In this document: in pieces, positions 20,558-29,448 of the stretch
Layout: every line of letters begins with the position of its first letter
Numbering within the stretch: the first letter of the stretch is position 1
NCBI GenBank assembly: GCA_945861645.1
Contig: CAMAVZ010000001.1
Coordinates: 32,001 to 96,000 of the forward strand
Length of the DNA: 64,000 bases
Direction of reading: 5' to 3'
Source: Opitutus sp. GAS368
Lineage (GTDB): Bacteria > Verrucomicrobiota > Verrucomicrobiia > Opitutales > Opitutaceae
Program-made: the position numbers and the translations under genes
The notes under the pieces: generated by a model
Databases searched by the model: none
Seen by the model: the letters and a program-made list of their open reading frames with translations, nothing else
What the model was told of the DNA's origin: nothing

Positions 20558-21358
20558 TTAGGCGCGTCCCTGCTGGACGGCGGGCTTCGCGTCCGCTTGA
20601 AACCATCGGTAGAAGCTGACGCCGAAAGCGATCATGGCGACGGACATCCCGATGAGTTTCATCATGGCACCAGCCAACAGTTGATCAGCGGCGGCGGTCA
20701 GGCTTGTAATGCGCGGGGCATATTCATAGGTGGGGTAGAGCACGTCGGAAGAAAACATGATGTAAGCAAATACGGGCGTCATCGCGATGACGACAGCCAC
20801 GAGGTAAAGCATCTGCCAAGCATAGCTGGCGGGCGGAAATTCTTTTGAAGGACTGAGCAGCGGCCACCAATAAAAGAGCGCAGCGCTGAACATCGTAAAA
20901 TGCTCGGCAATGTGGATCGCGCGGTTTTGCAGGGCCCAGTCGTAGAGTAAGGGCAGGTGCCAGCCAGAATACACGGCCGTGTAGATGCCGCCGCAGACCA
21001 GGGGATGGGTGAGAATTTTGAGCGGCCCTTGGAGCCTCGCTTGACTGGTGAGGGGACGGACCATCCAGTCAGGCAAGCCGCTCAAAAATAAGATGGCGGC
21101 CGGGTAGATCAAGATTTGGTGCTGCAGCATGTGCGCGCTGAATAAAAAGCGTTCAGCGATCTGATCGAGCGGGGAGCCAACCCCGAGATAAAAACATAAT
21201 AATGCCGCGTAAAACTTGAGCGCGGGGCGGCGGGGATAAGGCGTTCCGGGCGCGAGTCGCTCACGCCATGGCCCCGCGAGAATCGTATAAAGCCAGCCTA
21301 GGAAAATAAGCCCGCCAATGAGGAACGGCTCATTGTGCCAATGGGTCCAGTCGATCAT
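20558..21358 (-). CDS. ctaG: caa3-type cytochrome c oxidase assembly protein CtaG
   Basis: SPLD..AERFLFSAHMLQH, WHLP..YD.AL, HIAEH, DQ.LAG.MMK. Confidence 0.88.
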   Translation of the reverse strand: MIDWTHWHNEPFLIGGLIFLGWLYTILAGPWRERLAPGTPYPRRPALKFYAALLCFYLGVGSPLDQIAERFLFSAHMLQHQILIYPAAILFLSGLPDWMVRPLTSQARLQGPLKILTHPLVCGGIYTAVYSGWHLPLLYDWALQNRAIHIAEHFTMFSAALFYWWPLLSPSKEFPPASYAWQMLYLVAVVIAMTPVFAYIMFSSDVLYPTYEYAPRITSLTAAADQLLAGAMMKLIGMSVAMIAFGVSFYRWFQADAKPAVQQGRA

Positions 21359-21454
21359 AGCTGCTAATCTATATTAACGCGTAGCGGAATGGCCACCAAA
21401 AGCGGGCAAAACGGCCGCAGTATTTTGCGCGGAATTTGGCGGCCCGAGTAAAAT

Positions 21455-21482
21455 AAAAAAGCCGCGCGGGGTGGCGCGGCTT
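21455..21482 (-). terminator. Rho-independent terminator after oxidase subunit IV
   Basis: On the minus strand, AAGCCGCGC-loop-GCGCGGC followed by TTTTTT. Confidence 0.8.
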
Positions 21483-21503
21483 AGATTCCACTTTGAGTCT
21501 GGT

Positions 21504-21869
21504 TTAACCGAGCGTGGTGCGAGTGTAGGTTAGCGCGGCGGCCGTCAGCGGTTTGCCGGCCTCAGAGGCAAACAGCTCCATGAGGGCAAACATGGTGAAA
21601 CCCGCGAGCACGAGTCCGATGAAAAACAGGATCGTGCAGAATACTTTATCCCAGCGCAGGTGCATGAAGTAAAAGATAACGAACATGAACTTCACCGTGG
21701 AGAGCCCAATGAGCGTCGTAACAACCAGCCACTTTGCGATCGGAAGGTAGATCAGCACGACCTCGATGCCGGTAATAACCGCCAGAATCATCGCGATCTG
21801 GATATAGAAATGAAATTTGCTCGGCTCGTGGTGGCCGGCGGCAAGGGCGGGAGCAGTGGGTGCGGACAT
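21504..21869 (-). CDS. Cytochrome c oxidase subunit IV (prokaryotic)
   Basis: LAVITGIEV, K..FVIFYFMHLRWD signature, 3 TM. Confidence 0.9.
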   Translation of the reverse strand: MSAPTAPALAAGHHEPSKFHFYIQIAMILAVITGIEVVLIYLPIAKWLVVTTLIGLSTVKFMFVIFYFMHLRWDKVFCTILFFIGLVLAGFTMFALMELFASEAGKPLTAAALTYTRTTLG

Positions 21870-21906
21870 GGGCGGTAGAGCGAAGAGTTAAGAGCTGAGC
21901 TTAGGC

Positions 21907-22743
21907 TCAGAGGTACTCGAGAAGATAGACGGCGGTAAAAATGATAATCCAGACGATATCGACGAAATGCCAGTAGAGGCCGATGGCTTCAACATCGATG
22001 GCGTTTTTTTCGCCGAACTCCACCGCTGGATCGCTCGTACGGGCAAACCAAACGAGGGCCGCGCACGCGAGGGCCCCGAGGAGGAGGGGCTTGGCATCAT
22101 GGCTGAGCATGGCGCGGAGGCTCTCGCCCTCGATTACTTCCAGTAGACCGGGGACAAAGAAAAGAAACGCCACGCCTGCCGCTACTGCGAAGGCTAACAA
22201 GTGGAGGAAATTTCGGCCCAAGCCGCCGCCGTGAGTTGGCTTAAAGGTCCGCACATACATCATGCCCAGTAAGAGTACGCCGATTGCAACGTGGGTGCCG
22301 TGGGTGCCGGTGAGGGTGTAGAAAGTGGAGCCGAAAATGCTGTTCGATAGGGTCATTTTCTTGTCCTGCACGAAGTGGGCGAACTCAAACACTTGGCCGC
22401 CGAGGAAGATACAGCCGAAGAAGATCGTGCCGAGGAGCATCGTGCGGGTGCTCTTCACGTTACCCTTCTGGATGGCATTCACCGCGAGAGCCATGAGGAG
22501 CGACGACATCAGCAAGATGAACGTCGAGAAAGACGTTAGCTCGATATCGAAAATCTGGGTCGGGATCGCATTCCCTGGGGGCGGGTTGAGGCGGTAGACG
22601 AGATGTGCCGAGATCAGCGCGCCGAAAAACATGCAGTCCGAAGCGAGGAAGGCCCACCAAAGGAGCTTCTTGTTCGGAATACCGGTGGCGGTCGTGTGAT
22701 CGTGATGGTGGTCGAGGTGACCGTTAGCCGCAGGACTGCTCAT
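21907..22743 (-). CDS. ctaE: Cytochrome c oxidase subunit III (with internal two-TM insertion)
   Basis: FLASDCMFF, T.ILLMSS, GQVFEF, FYTLTGTHGTHV, GLYWHFVDIVW. Confidence 0.93.
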   Translation of the reverse strand: MSSPAANGHLDHHHDHTTATGIPNKKLLWWAFLASDCMFFGALISAHLVYRLNPPPGNAIPTQIFDIELTSFSTFILLMSSLLMALAVNAIQKGNVKSTRTMLLGTIFFGCIFLGGQVFEFAHFVQDKKMTLSNSIFGSTFYTLTGTHGTHVAIGVLLLGMMYVRTFKPTHGGGLGRNFLHLLAFAVAAGVAFLFFVPGLLEVIEGESLRAMLSHDAKPLLLGALACAALVWFARTSDPAVEFGEKNAIDVEAIGLYWHFVDIVWIIIFTAVYLLEYL

Positions 22744-22761
22744 GAGATAGTTCGGTAAAGC

Positions 22762-24768
22762 TCAGTGGTGATCGCCGCGGGACTCGGTAACTTTGCCTTC
22801 TGCGTCGATATGAAGATGGTAGCCGCCGGGACCTTCGAGGGCCCACAGATAGCAGGCGGCGACCATGAGGCCGAGGCCGGTGATGGCGAGGGGTAGGTGC
22901 GAAGCGAGGACTTGCTGGCCGAACATCGTCACGGGGTAATGGAGTTGGGCCAAATTGTACGCCCCCACCAGCAGGCCGATGGCTGCGAATAAGGGGTACC
23001 ACGATTGGTCCGGCATATGGATGCCCCCGCGCGATTCCTCGGCCTTGATATGCGCCGCCTTTTCTTGAGCGATCTCTTCTTTATGTGTTTTCTCATACCA
23101 CCAGGCATCGCGAGCGTGGACGGTAGGAATGGCGGCGAAATTATGCTCAGGGGGCGGCGAAGGAATGGACCATTCCAAGGTGCGGGCATCCCAAGGATCG
23201 TTGCCGCATTTCTCGCCTTTGAAGTAGGACCAAACTAACACGGCAAAATAGGTAAACATACCAAGGCCCAGCAGATAGGCACCGTACGTGGCGAAGAGGT
23301 TCCCCTCGTTCCAGCCCATATTAGAATCATAGGTCCAAGTCCGGCGCGGCATGCCGTTCAAGCCCAAGAAATGCATCGGGAAGAAGGTCGCGTTGAAGCC
23401 GACAAAGATAATCCAGAAGGAAACTTTACCCCAGAACTCCGGCACCATGCGGCCGAAGAATTTTGGAAACCAGAAATGAATGGCCGCCAGCAGAGCGAAG
23501 GTCGCCCCGCCGATGAGGACGTAGTGAAAGTGAGCGATAACAAAGTAACTGTCTTGCTGTTGGGCATCAGCCGGAGCCGCGGAATGCATGATGCCTGAGA
23601 GCCCGCCCATCATGAACATCCAGATAAAGCCGAGGGCGAACATCATGGGCACGCGGGTGACAATCCGGCCACCCCAGAGGGTCCCGATCCAGTTGAATAC
23701 TTTTACGCCGGTCGGCACCGCGATCGCCATCGTCGCCAGCGCGAAGGCGGCCGTGGCCACCGTCCCAAGCCCGGTGGTGAACATATGGTGACTCCATACA
23801 CCGAAACCGATGAAGCCGATGGCGACGCCCGAGAATACCACGATGGGATAACCAAAGAGTGGTTTACGCGCAAAGGTGGGGAGAATTTCTGAAACATAGC
23901 CCATCGGGGGCAGAATCAGAATATAGACCTCAGGGTGACCGAAGACCCAGAAGAGATGCTGCCACAGGATGGGTTGACCGCCGCCGGAGACCTCAAAGAA
24001 ATTGGTCCCGAAGTTGCGATCAAACATCACCATGACGAGCGCGATGGCGATCGCCGGCAGGGCGAGCACTAGGAGGAAGCTCGTAACCAAGGCCATCCAG
24101 GTGAATACGGGCAAGCGCATCATCGTGAGGCCGGGCGCCCGTAAGTTGATGATCGTGACGATAAAATTCAGTGAGGCCACGATGGAGGAAATGCCTAGGA
24201 CCTGAATACCGAGCACCCAAAAATCGGTCGAGAGATCAGGGGTGAAGCTCTTAGAGGTCAGCGGTGCGTAGCCGAACCAGCCAACATCAGGAGCGCCGCC
24301 AAAATTCCAGCTCGGCACGAAGTGAGAAATCCAGCCGACATTGAGCAAAATGGCCCCGACGACCCAGACCCAGAGGGAAAAAGAGTTGAGGCGGGGAAAC
24401 GCGACATCGCGTGCGCCCACCTGGATGGGGATGAGTAAATTGAAAAACGCCGCATTGAGGGGCATGACCGCGAGGAAGATCATCGTGGTGCCGTGCATCG
24501 TGAACAACTCACTATAGAGTTGGGCGCTGATGAAGCGATTATTTGGCACCATGAGTTGGGTGCGGATCATCAGGGCTTCGATTCCGCCGATGAGGAAAAA
24601 TAAAATGGCGAAGCCGCCATAGAGCATGCCGATCTTTTTGTGGTCGACGGTCGTCAGCCAGCTGACGAGGCCCGTTTTTGCGGTCGGGCGCGGGAAAAGA
24701 GCAAAGGTGGTAGCCGGCTGAGCTATTGCTTGGCCGGTGTAACCGGACTGGGTGATGACTTTTGCCAT
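22762..24768 (-). CDS. ctaD: Cytochrome c oxidase subunit I, A1-type
   Basis: TVDHKKIG, TMHGTTMIF, WVFGHPEVYILILP (A1 Glu), WSHHMF, AHFHYV, GMPRR. Two extra C-terminal TMs as in caa3 enzymes. ATG at 24768 preferred. Confidence 0.98.
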   Translation of the reverse strand: MAKVITQSGYTGQAIAQPATTFALFPRPTAKTGLVSWLTTVDHKKIGMLYGGFAILFFLIGGIEALMIRTQLMVPNNRFISAQLYSELFTMHGTTMIFLAVMPLNAAFFNLLIPIQVGARDVAFPRLNSFSLWVWVVGAILLNVGWISHFVPSWNFGGAPDVGWFGYAPLTSKSFTPDLSTDFWVLGIQVLGISSIVASLNFIVTIINLRAPGLTMMRLPVFTWMALVTSFLLVLALPAIAIALVMVMFDRNFGTNFFEVSGGGQPILWQHLFWVFGHPEVYILILPPMGYVSEILPTFARKPLFGYPIVVFSGVAIGFIGFGVWSHHMFTTGLGTVATAAFALATMAIAVPTGVKVFNWIGTLWGGRIVTRVPMMFALGFIWMFMMGGLSGIMHSAAPADAQQQDSYFVIAHFHYVLIGGATFALLAAIHFWFPKFFGRMVPEFWGKVSFWIIFVGFNATFFPMHFLGLNGMPRRTWTYDSNMGWNEGNLFATYGAYLLGLGMFTYFAVLVWSYFKGEKCGNDPWDARTLEWSIPSPPPEHNFAAIPTVHARDAWWYEKTHKEEIAQEKAAHIKAEESRGGIHMPDQSWYPLFAAIGLLVGAYNLAQLHYPVTMFGQQVLASHLPLAITGLGLMVAACYLWALEGPGGYHLHIDAEGKVTESRGDHH

Positions 24769-24855
24769 AAAATTGGAAGTGAAGACGATGGAGAGAGGCA
24801 GTGTGGACTGGTTCGGCGAGGAGCGCGGGCGCGGGTTAGCGCGGCGCTGCGGCAA

Positions 24856-26151
24856 TTATTTTAGGCTGTGCAGATAAGCGACGAGGGCGTCGATTTCTTG
24901 ATCATTCATGGTGAAGTTTAGCTTCCAATTATCGCCGTCTTTTACTTTGTAGCCACCAAACCACATCTTGTTGCCGGGCTTAAAGTGATTGGGGTTTTTA
25001 ATCCAAGCGTGCATTCGCTCGTGGGTGTTTTCCAACACGCCAGCGGCGATCGTGGAGCGGGCGCCGACGCGCGTCAGGTCGGGGCCGCTGATGCCGACGC
25101 CTTCATGGCCACGGATATTGTGACAGCTGACGCAAGTTTTGGCGGCAAACAACTGGCGGCCGGTCGCAATCAATTGGGCATTTTCACCGGCTTCAGGATG
25201 CTGCATTTCCCGCCAGGCGTTGAGGGGATCGGCATCGAAGGCTGGGGAGGCCGAAAGCGCTTCGCCGGGATTACGTTTCATGGCCGCAAATTGCACACGG
25301 GCGCTGCGATCCACGGCGTCGGCTAACACCGCTGGCGTAACCGTGCGCGCTGGGGCTTTTTGATTCTCCAGCCATTGGGCATAGTCGCGAGGCGACAGGG
25401 CGATGACGCGGAAACGCATGATGGCATGCGATTCACCACAAAATTCAGCGCATTGACCGTAAAAGTAGCCTGGCTGATCAGCTTTAAACCAAAGAAAATT
25501 TGCTCGGTTCGGCATCATGTCGACTTTTCCGGCAAGCTTGGGTATCCAAAAACTATGAATTACATCAATGGTGCGCAGCTGGACCCGAATGGGGATGCCA
25601 GCGGGGACCACCAGTTCGTTGCCCGTCACTAAGGGGGCTTCCCCGCCGTTGGGTAGCTTCACAAGCTCTGAGGGATACTCAAATTTGAACCACCATTGAT
25701 TACCCGTGGCGACGACTTCCATGGCGTTACCCTTCTCGTCTTCCGGCACATCGTGCGTGTACCAGATATCCCGCAAGGTGGGGATGGCGATGATGATTAA
25801 CAAAGCGACCGAAGCGGCGATTAAGCCGATTTCTACCAAAGGATTGCCGTGCGCCTCAGGCGGTGGCTCGGCATGCTCATCGGACTCCGAGCGAGCGCGA
25901 AACTTGATCTGGGCGTAGGCCAAAATCGCGCCGACCACGATGAAGATGAAGGTGCAGACGTAAACCGTGACCATGAACAAATCCCATTGCGCTTTGGCCA
26001 CGGGGCCGGCGGTGAGCATGGTGGACTGATTGCCGCTTAGGGAAAAAACATCCGCCAGCTTGCAGCTGGACAAAAGCACTAGGCCAAGCCCAGCGACTAA
26101 GGCGCGAGTTGCGCGCGAAAAAGGGCGATGATCGAAGCGGATGCGGGTCAT
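24856..26151 (-). CDS. ctaC: Cytochrome c oxidase subunit II fused to cytochrome c (caa3 type), lipoprotein
   Basis: Lipobox LVLLSSC, QWWF, DVIHSFW, CuA motif CAEFCGESHAIM, heme c motif CVSCH and KPGNKM. Confidence 0.96.
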   Translation of the reverse strand: MTRIRFDHRPFSRATRALVAGLGLVLLSSCKLADVFSLSGNQSTMLTAGPVAKAQWDLFMVTVYVCTFIFIVVGAILAYAQIKFRARSESDEHAEPPPEAHGNPLVEIGLIAASVALLIIIAIPTLRDIWYTHDVPEDEKGNAMEVVATGNQWWFKFEYPSELVKLPNGGEAPLVTGNELVVPAGIPIRVQLRTIDVIHSFWIPKLAGKVDMMPNRANFLWFKADQPGYFYGQCAEFCGESHAIMRFRVIALSPRDYAQWLENQKAPARTVTPAVLADAVDRSARVQFAAMKRNPGEALSASPAFDADPLNAWREMQHPEAGENAQLIATGRQLFAAKTCVSCHNIRGHEGVGISGPDLTRVGARSTIAAGVLENTHERMHAWIKNPNHFKPGNKMWFGGYKVKDGDNWKLNFTMNDQEIDALVAYLHSLK

Positions 26152-26315
26152 GTATAACGGTGATGTTCGCAGCGGGAGGCGCTGGGGCAATAGTATCGGT
26201 ATAACCTCAGCAAATAATCAGTCATTTCAACTATAAAACCACCGCGAGATATGCGCTATCTGCTCCCGCTGGAGATATTATCTACGCAGGGGAAGGTATT
26301 AGATATTTAGCAACC

Positions 26316-26329
26316 TTGACCTGCGTCAT
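26316..26329 (+). promoter_or_regulatory. Candidate FNR/CRP-family operator upstream of azurin
   Basis: TTGAC-CTGC-GTCAT (9/10 match to TTGAC-N4-GTCAA), about 20 bp upstream of a TGTAAT -10-like element at 26349. Confidence 0.4.
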
Positions 26330-26366
26330 TGCGCTCCCGCGGGCGGTGTGTAATAATCGGATTCCC

Positions 26367-26855
26367 ATGAAAACTCATCTCCTCCTCCCTCTCTTGGCTG
26401 CCAGCTTGATGCTGGTGGGCTGCGGTCAAAAAAATGAATCAGCGGCCCTCGTGGCAAGCGCACCCGTACCGGCGGGCGCATCGTTTGAGCTGACGGCTAA
26501 CGATTCGATGAAATTTAACCTCGCCCGTCTCGAGGTCACGGCGGGTCAGGATGTAACGGTCAGCCTAACTAACATGGGTAATATGCCTAAGGTGGCCATG
26601 GGCCATAATTGGGTTCTGCTTAAAAAAGAGGCAGACATTAAAGCCTTCAACGACGCTGCTATCATGGCGGCCGCCACCGACTACGTTCCGGCTGCCTTGG
26701 TCAGCCAAGTGATTGCCCACACCAAATTGCTTGGGCCCAAGCAGAGCGACGAAGTTAAGTTCAAGGCCCCCACGGAACCAGGCGAATATGTCTACCTCTG
26801 CACTTTTCCGGCCCATTATCTCTCGGGCATGAAAGGCGTGCTGGTCGTTAAGTAA
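26367..26855 (+). CDS. Azurin-family blue copper lipoprotein
   Basis: Lipobox LMLVGC, NDSMKFN, MGHNWV, IAHTKLLG, type-1 Cu loop CTFPAHYLSGM. Confidence 0.93.
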   Translation: MKTHLLLPLLAASLMLVGCGQKNESAALVASAPVPAGASFELTANDSMKFNLARLEVTAGQDVTVSLTNMGNMPKVAMGHNWVLLKKEADIKAFNDAAIMAAATDYVPAALVSQVIAHTKLLGPKQSDEVKFKAPTEPGEYVYLCTFPAHYLSGMKGVLVVK

Positions 26856-26899
26856 CATTTTTGTTGGTGCGCCTGCTGAGAGCGGGCGGCGATTTATGC

Positions 26900-26927
26900 A
26901 AAAGCCGAGCGAAAGCTCGGCTTTTTT
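26900..26927. terminator. Bidirectional Rho-independent terminator between convergent azurin and DUF420 genes
   Basis: AAAAGCCGAGC-GAAA-GCTCGGCTTTTTT perfect stem with GNRA loop. Confidence 0.9.
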
Positions 26928-26981
26928 GTTGGGATGAACGGCGGGACGGGGCCGCGCGTCTTTTTTTACGACTACCGCGAT

Positions 26982-27425
26982 TTAGGCCGCGGGGGCGCTT
27001 GGCCACCAGATATAGAGAAAAAAGTAGACGAGCACGCCTGTCACCGAGACATAGTACCAGATGGGAAAGGTGAATTTAGCCCAGTGTTTATGGGTTTCGA
27101 AATCACCTTTGATGGCAAAAAGAAAGGTGCGGGGCACCAGGTACGCAATCGAGATAGCGAGGATGATGTGCGAAATCAGCATCGTATAATAGAAGGCGCG
27201 GAGCGCGGGGCTTTCACCGCCAAAGGGCGTGTGGACGCCTTGCATAAGGATCTTGTGCGTCACGTAACCCACTAGAAAAATAGCCGAAACAAATCCTGCG
27301 GTGAGCATGCTGGCGCGGTGCGCTTCACGTTTGCCTTGTTTGATGAAAATAAAGCCGAGCGTAATTAGCACGGTGGCGGTGGCATTAAGCGCCGCATTCA
27401 GGGTTGGAATGTCTTGAATTGTCAT
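26982..27425 (-). CDS. DUF420 (CtaM-like) membrane protein
   Basis: PTLNA.LN, HRASML, SAIFL..Y, LISHI.LA, HK.WA.FT.PIW.YVSVTGV.VY. Confidence 0.9.
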   Translation of the reverse strand: MTIQDIPTLNAALNATATVLITLGFIFIKQGKREAHRASMLTAGFVSAIFLVGYVTHKILMQGVHTPFGGESPALRAFYYTMLISHIILAISIAYLVPRTFLFAIKGDFETHKHWAKFTFPIWYYVSVTGVLVYFFLYIWWPSAPAA

Positions 27426-27466
27426 AGGGGGAAATAATCCAACGCAGCGCCCGCTGGTTAGGTCAA

Positions 27467-28384
27467 TTAAAGTTTAAAGATCAGCCGGTCCGCGACCAGC
27501 AGGCCGAGTAGCAGCGGAAGATAGGCAATCGAAATAAGAAATAGCCGCCGCGCTTCGGTTTCGCGCCGGTCGGGATTCAGGAAAATAATGGCAGACCAGA
27601 GAATCCAGCCTCCTAACGCCACGGCTCCAGCGAAATAATACCAAGAACAATAGCCGAGGAGCGTCGGCATTCCGCTGGCGGCGAGGAGCAGCACGGTCCA
27701 GATGAAGGCCCGGCGGGAGACGCGGCGACCACTGGGGTCGACGACCGATAGAATTGGGAAGTCGGCCGCGGCATAGTCTTTGCGGTAGGTCCAAGCTAAG
27801 GCAAAGAAGTGGGGCATTTGCCACGTGAACAAAATGGCGAAGAGTGTCCAACCGAGTGCCGGATTTGATCGGCCGGCTGCCGCCCAACCAATCATCGGGG
27901 GCAGGGCGCCGCTGACCGCTCCAATCTCCGTTGACCAACGCGACCATTTTTTTGCGGGGGTGTAAATGGCAAGGTAGGCGACCACCGTTGCTAAACCGAG
28001 AAAAGCGGAAGGTCCGTTTACTTGCTTAAAAAGTAAGCTGAGTCCGGTCAGACATAGGATCCAGCCGACAACAAAAGCTGAACCCGGCGCAATGATGCCC
28101 TGCGGAATAGGGCGATCCCTGGTGCGCTGCATTAAGGCATCGCGATCGCTCTCCATCCACTGATTCAGGGCCGCCACGCCGCCCGCGCACAAGGCAGTGC
28201 CGACCATGAGAAAGAGAGTTCGCGTCCATTCCAAATAAGGAACGGCCGCTAGGTAGCCGACCATAGCGGTGGTGACCGACAACAGACTCAGACGCGGTTT
28301 CGTTAGCTCAAGATAATGGCGCCAAGTCGCCGGCGTGGGCTGGGCGATGTTACCGGAAAGGCTCTGCTCAGGCGCGGGGGTCAT
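27467..28384 (-). CDS. ctaB: Protoheme IX farnesyltransferase (heme O synthase)
   Basis: ELTKPR, NQWME.D.D.LM.RT..RP, YTPAK, G.LPP.IGW, WQMPHF. Confidence 0.96.
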   Translation of the reverse strand: MTPAPEQSLSGNIAQPTPATWRHYLELTKPRLSLLSVTTAMVGYLAAVPYLEWTRTLFLMVGTALCAGGVAALNQWMESDRDALMQRTRDRPIPQGIIAPGSAFVVGWILCLTGLSLLFKQVNGPSAFLGLATVVAYLAIYTPAKKWSRWSTEIGAVSGALPPMIGWAAAGRSNPALGWTLFAILFTWQMPHFFALAWTYRKDYAAADFPILSVVDPSGRRVSRRAFIWTVLLLAASGMPTLLGYCSWYYFAGAVALGGWILWSAIIFLNPDRRETEARRLFLISIAYLPLLLGLLVADRLIFKL

Positions 28385-29352
28385 GCGGGGTTATTTTTGA
28401 CTGAGCCGTGGTAAGTGAAGCAGGTCAGCAGAAAAGTTACCGCCAGCGTCAAGGCCCCGATGATCACATGCCCCGTCGTCATCGACACACTGCGGCCCGT
28501 CCAGATGATTTGTGCGCCCAGATAAATTTGCAGGCTAATAAGACCGAGCAGCCCAATCCCCAGCCAACGCAAGGCCGTGGGGGCCGAGGGCTCGCGCCAG
28601 AGCTGTCGCACAAAAGCGATGAGGGCGAGCGACACCACGCCCGCCATCACGCGGTGCGCAAAATGAATGCTCACGCGAAAATCCCAGAGCGCGGGGAGTA
28701 GATTACCTTCGGGCGTCGAGAGCGGAAAGGTGGGGATGGCGAGTCCGGCAAAACTATGCCGAACAACTGCGGCAATGGAAAGTTGCACAAAAAGCAGAGC
28801 GACGCAGATCGCGCTTAATCGCCGCAGTCGCCGAGAAAAAACGCCCGTCCAACCGCTGCTGCCTTCAATCCACGGGCGCGAACTGGCGATCGCAATGGCG
28901 AAGAGCGTACAAACGAAAGCTTGAGCCAAGACCGCATGCAGCATCGCAAACAGGCGGCCGAGGCTGGTGTTGACGAGGTCGAGGTGCTGGTGATCGAACA
29001 AGACGCGCGATCCGCCCACCGCGGCTTGGGTCAAGACGAGGCCAACGGCAAAATAGCCGAGACGCCGCAGCCACGTGCGCTCTTCAGTTAGCCACAACCA
29101 AACCGCGAGAATGATGGTAATCGAACTCATCAAGCTCGCGCTGAGGCGGTGCGAATGCTCGGCAAATTTATCGATTTCTGTTAACCAGCCTAAGGGGTTG
29201 ATTGACCCATTGGAGAGCGGCCAGTCGGAAAAAGCCATGCCGGCGCCGATGCTCGTAGTAAATGCGCCCAGCGCGACGAGAACAAAAACCCAGCCACTGC
29301 CCAGCGTGGCGAAGGCGGCGAGGCCAAATTTATAATGAGCGGTGCGCGACAT
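28381..29352 (-). CDS. ctaA: Heme A synthase (COX15/CtaA family)
   Basis: GAGMAFSDWP, EHSHR, MLHA, HFAHR, GHV; 8 TM; 4-bp overlap with ctaB. Confidence 0.88.
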   Translation of the reverse strand: MSRTAHYKFGLAAFATLGSGWVFVLVALGAFTTSIGAGMAFSDWPLSNGSINPLGWLTEIDKFAEHSHRLSASLMSSITIILAVWLWLTEERTWLRRLGYFAVGLVLTQAAVGGSRVLFDHQHLDLVNTSLGRLFAMLHAVLAQAFVCTLFAIAIASSRPWIEGSSGWTGVFSRRLRRLSAICVALLFVQLSIAAVVRHSFAGLAIPTFPLSTPEGNLLPALWDFRVSIHFAHRVMAGVVSLALIAFVRQLWREPSAPTALRWLGIGLLGLISLQIYLGAQIIWTGRSVSMTTGHVIIGALTLAVTFLLTCFTYHGSVKNNPA

Positions 29353-29448
29353 AAAAAGAGAGTGGCGGAAGAAACAGGAAGTGATACTTGCCGAATGGGC
29401 AGCGCAAACCTTTTGACAATTTCTGCCTTTGGCAAATGGGTGGAGCTG

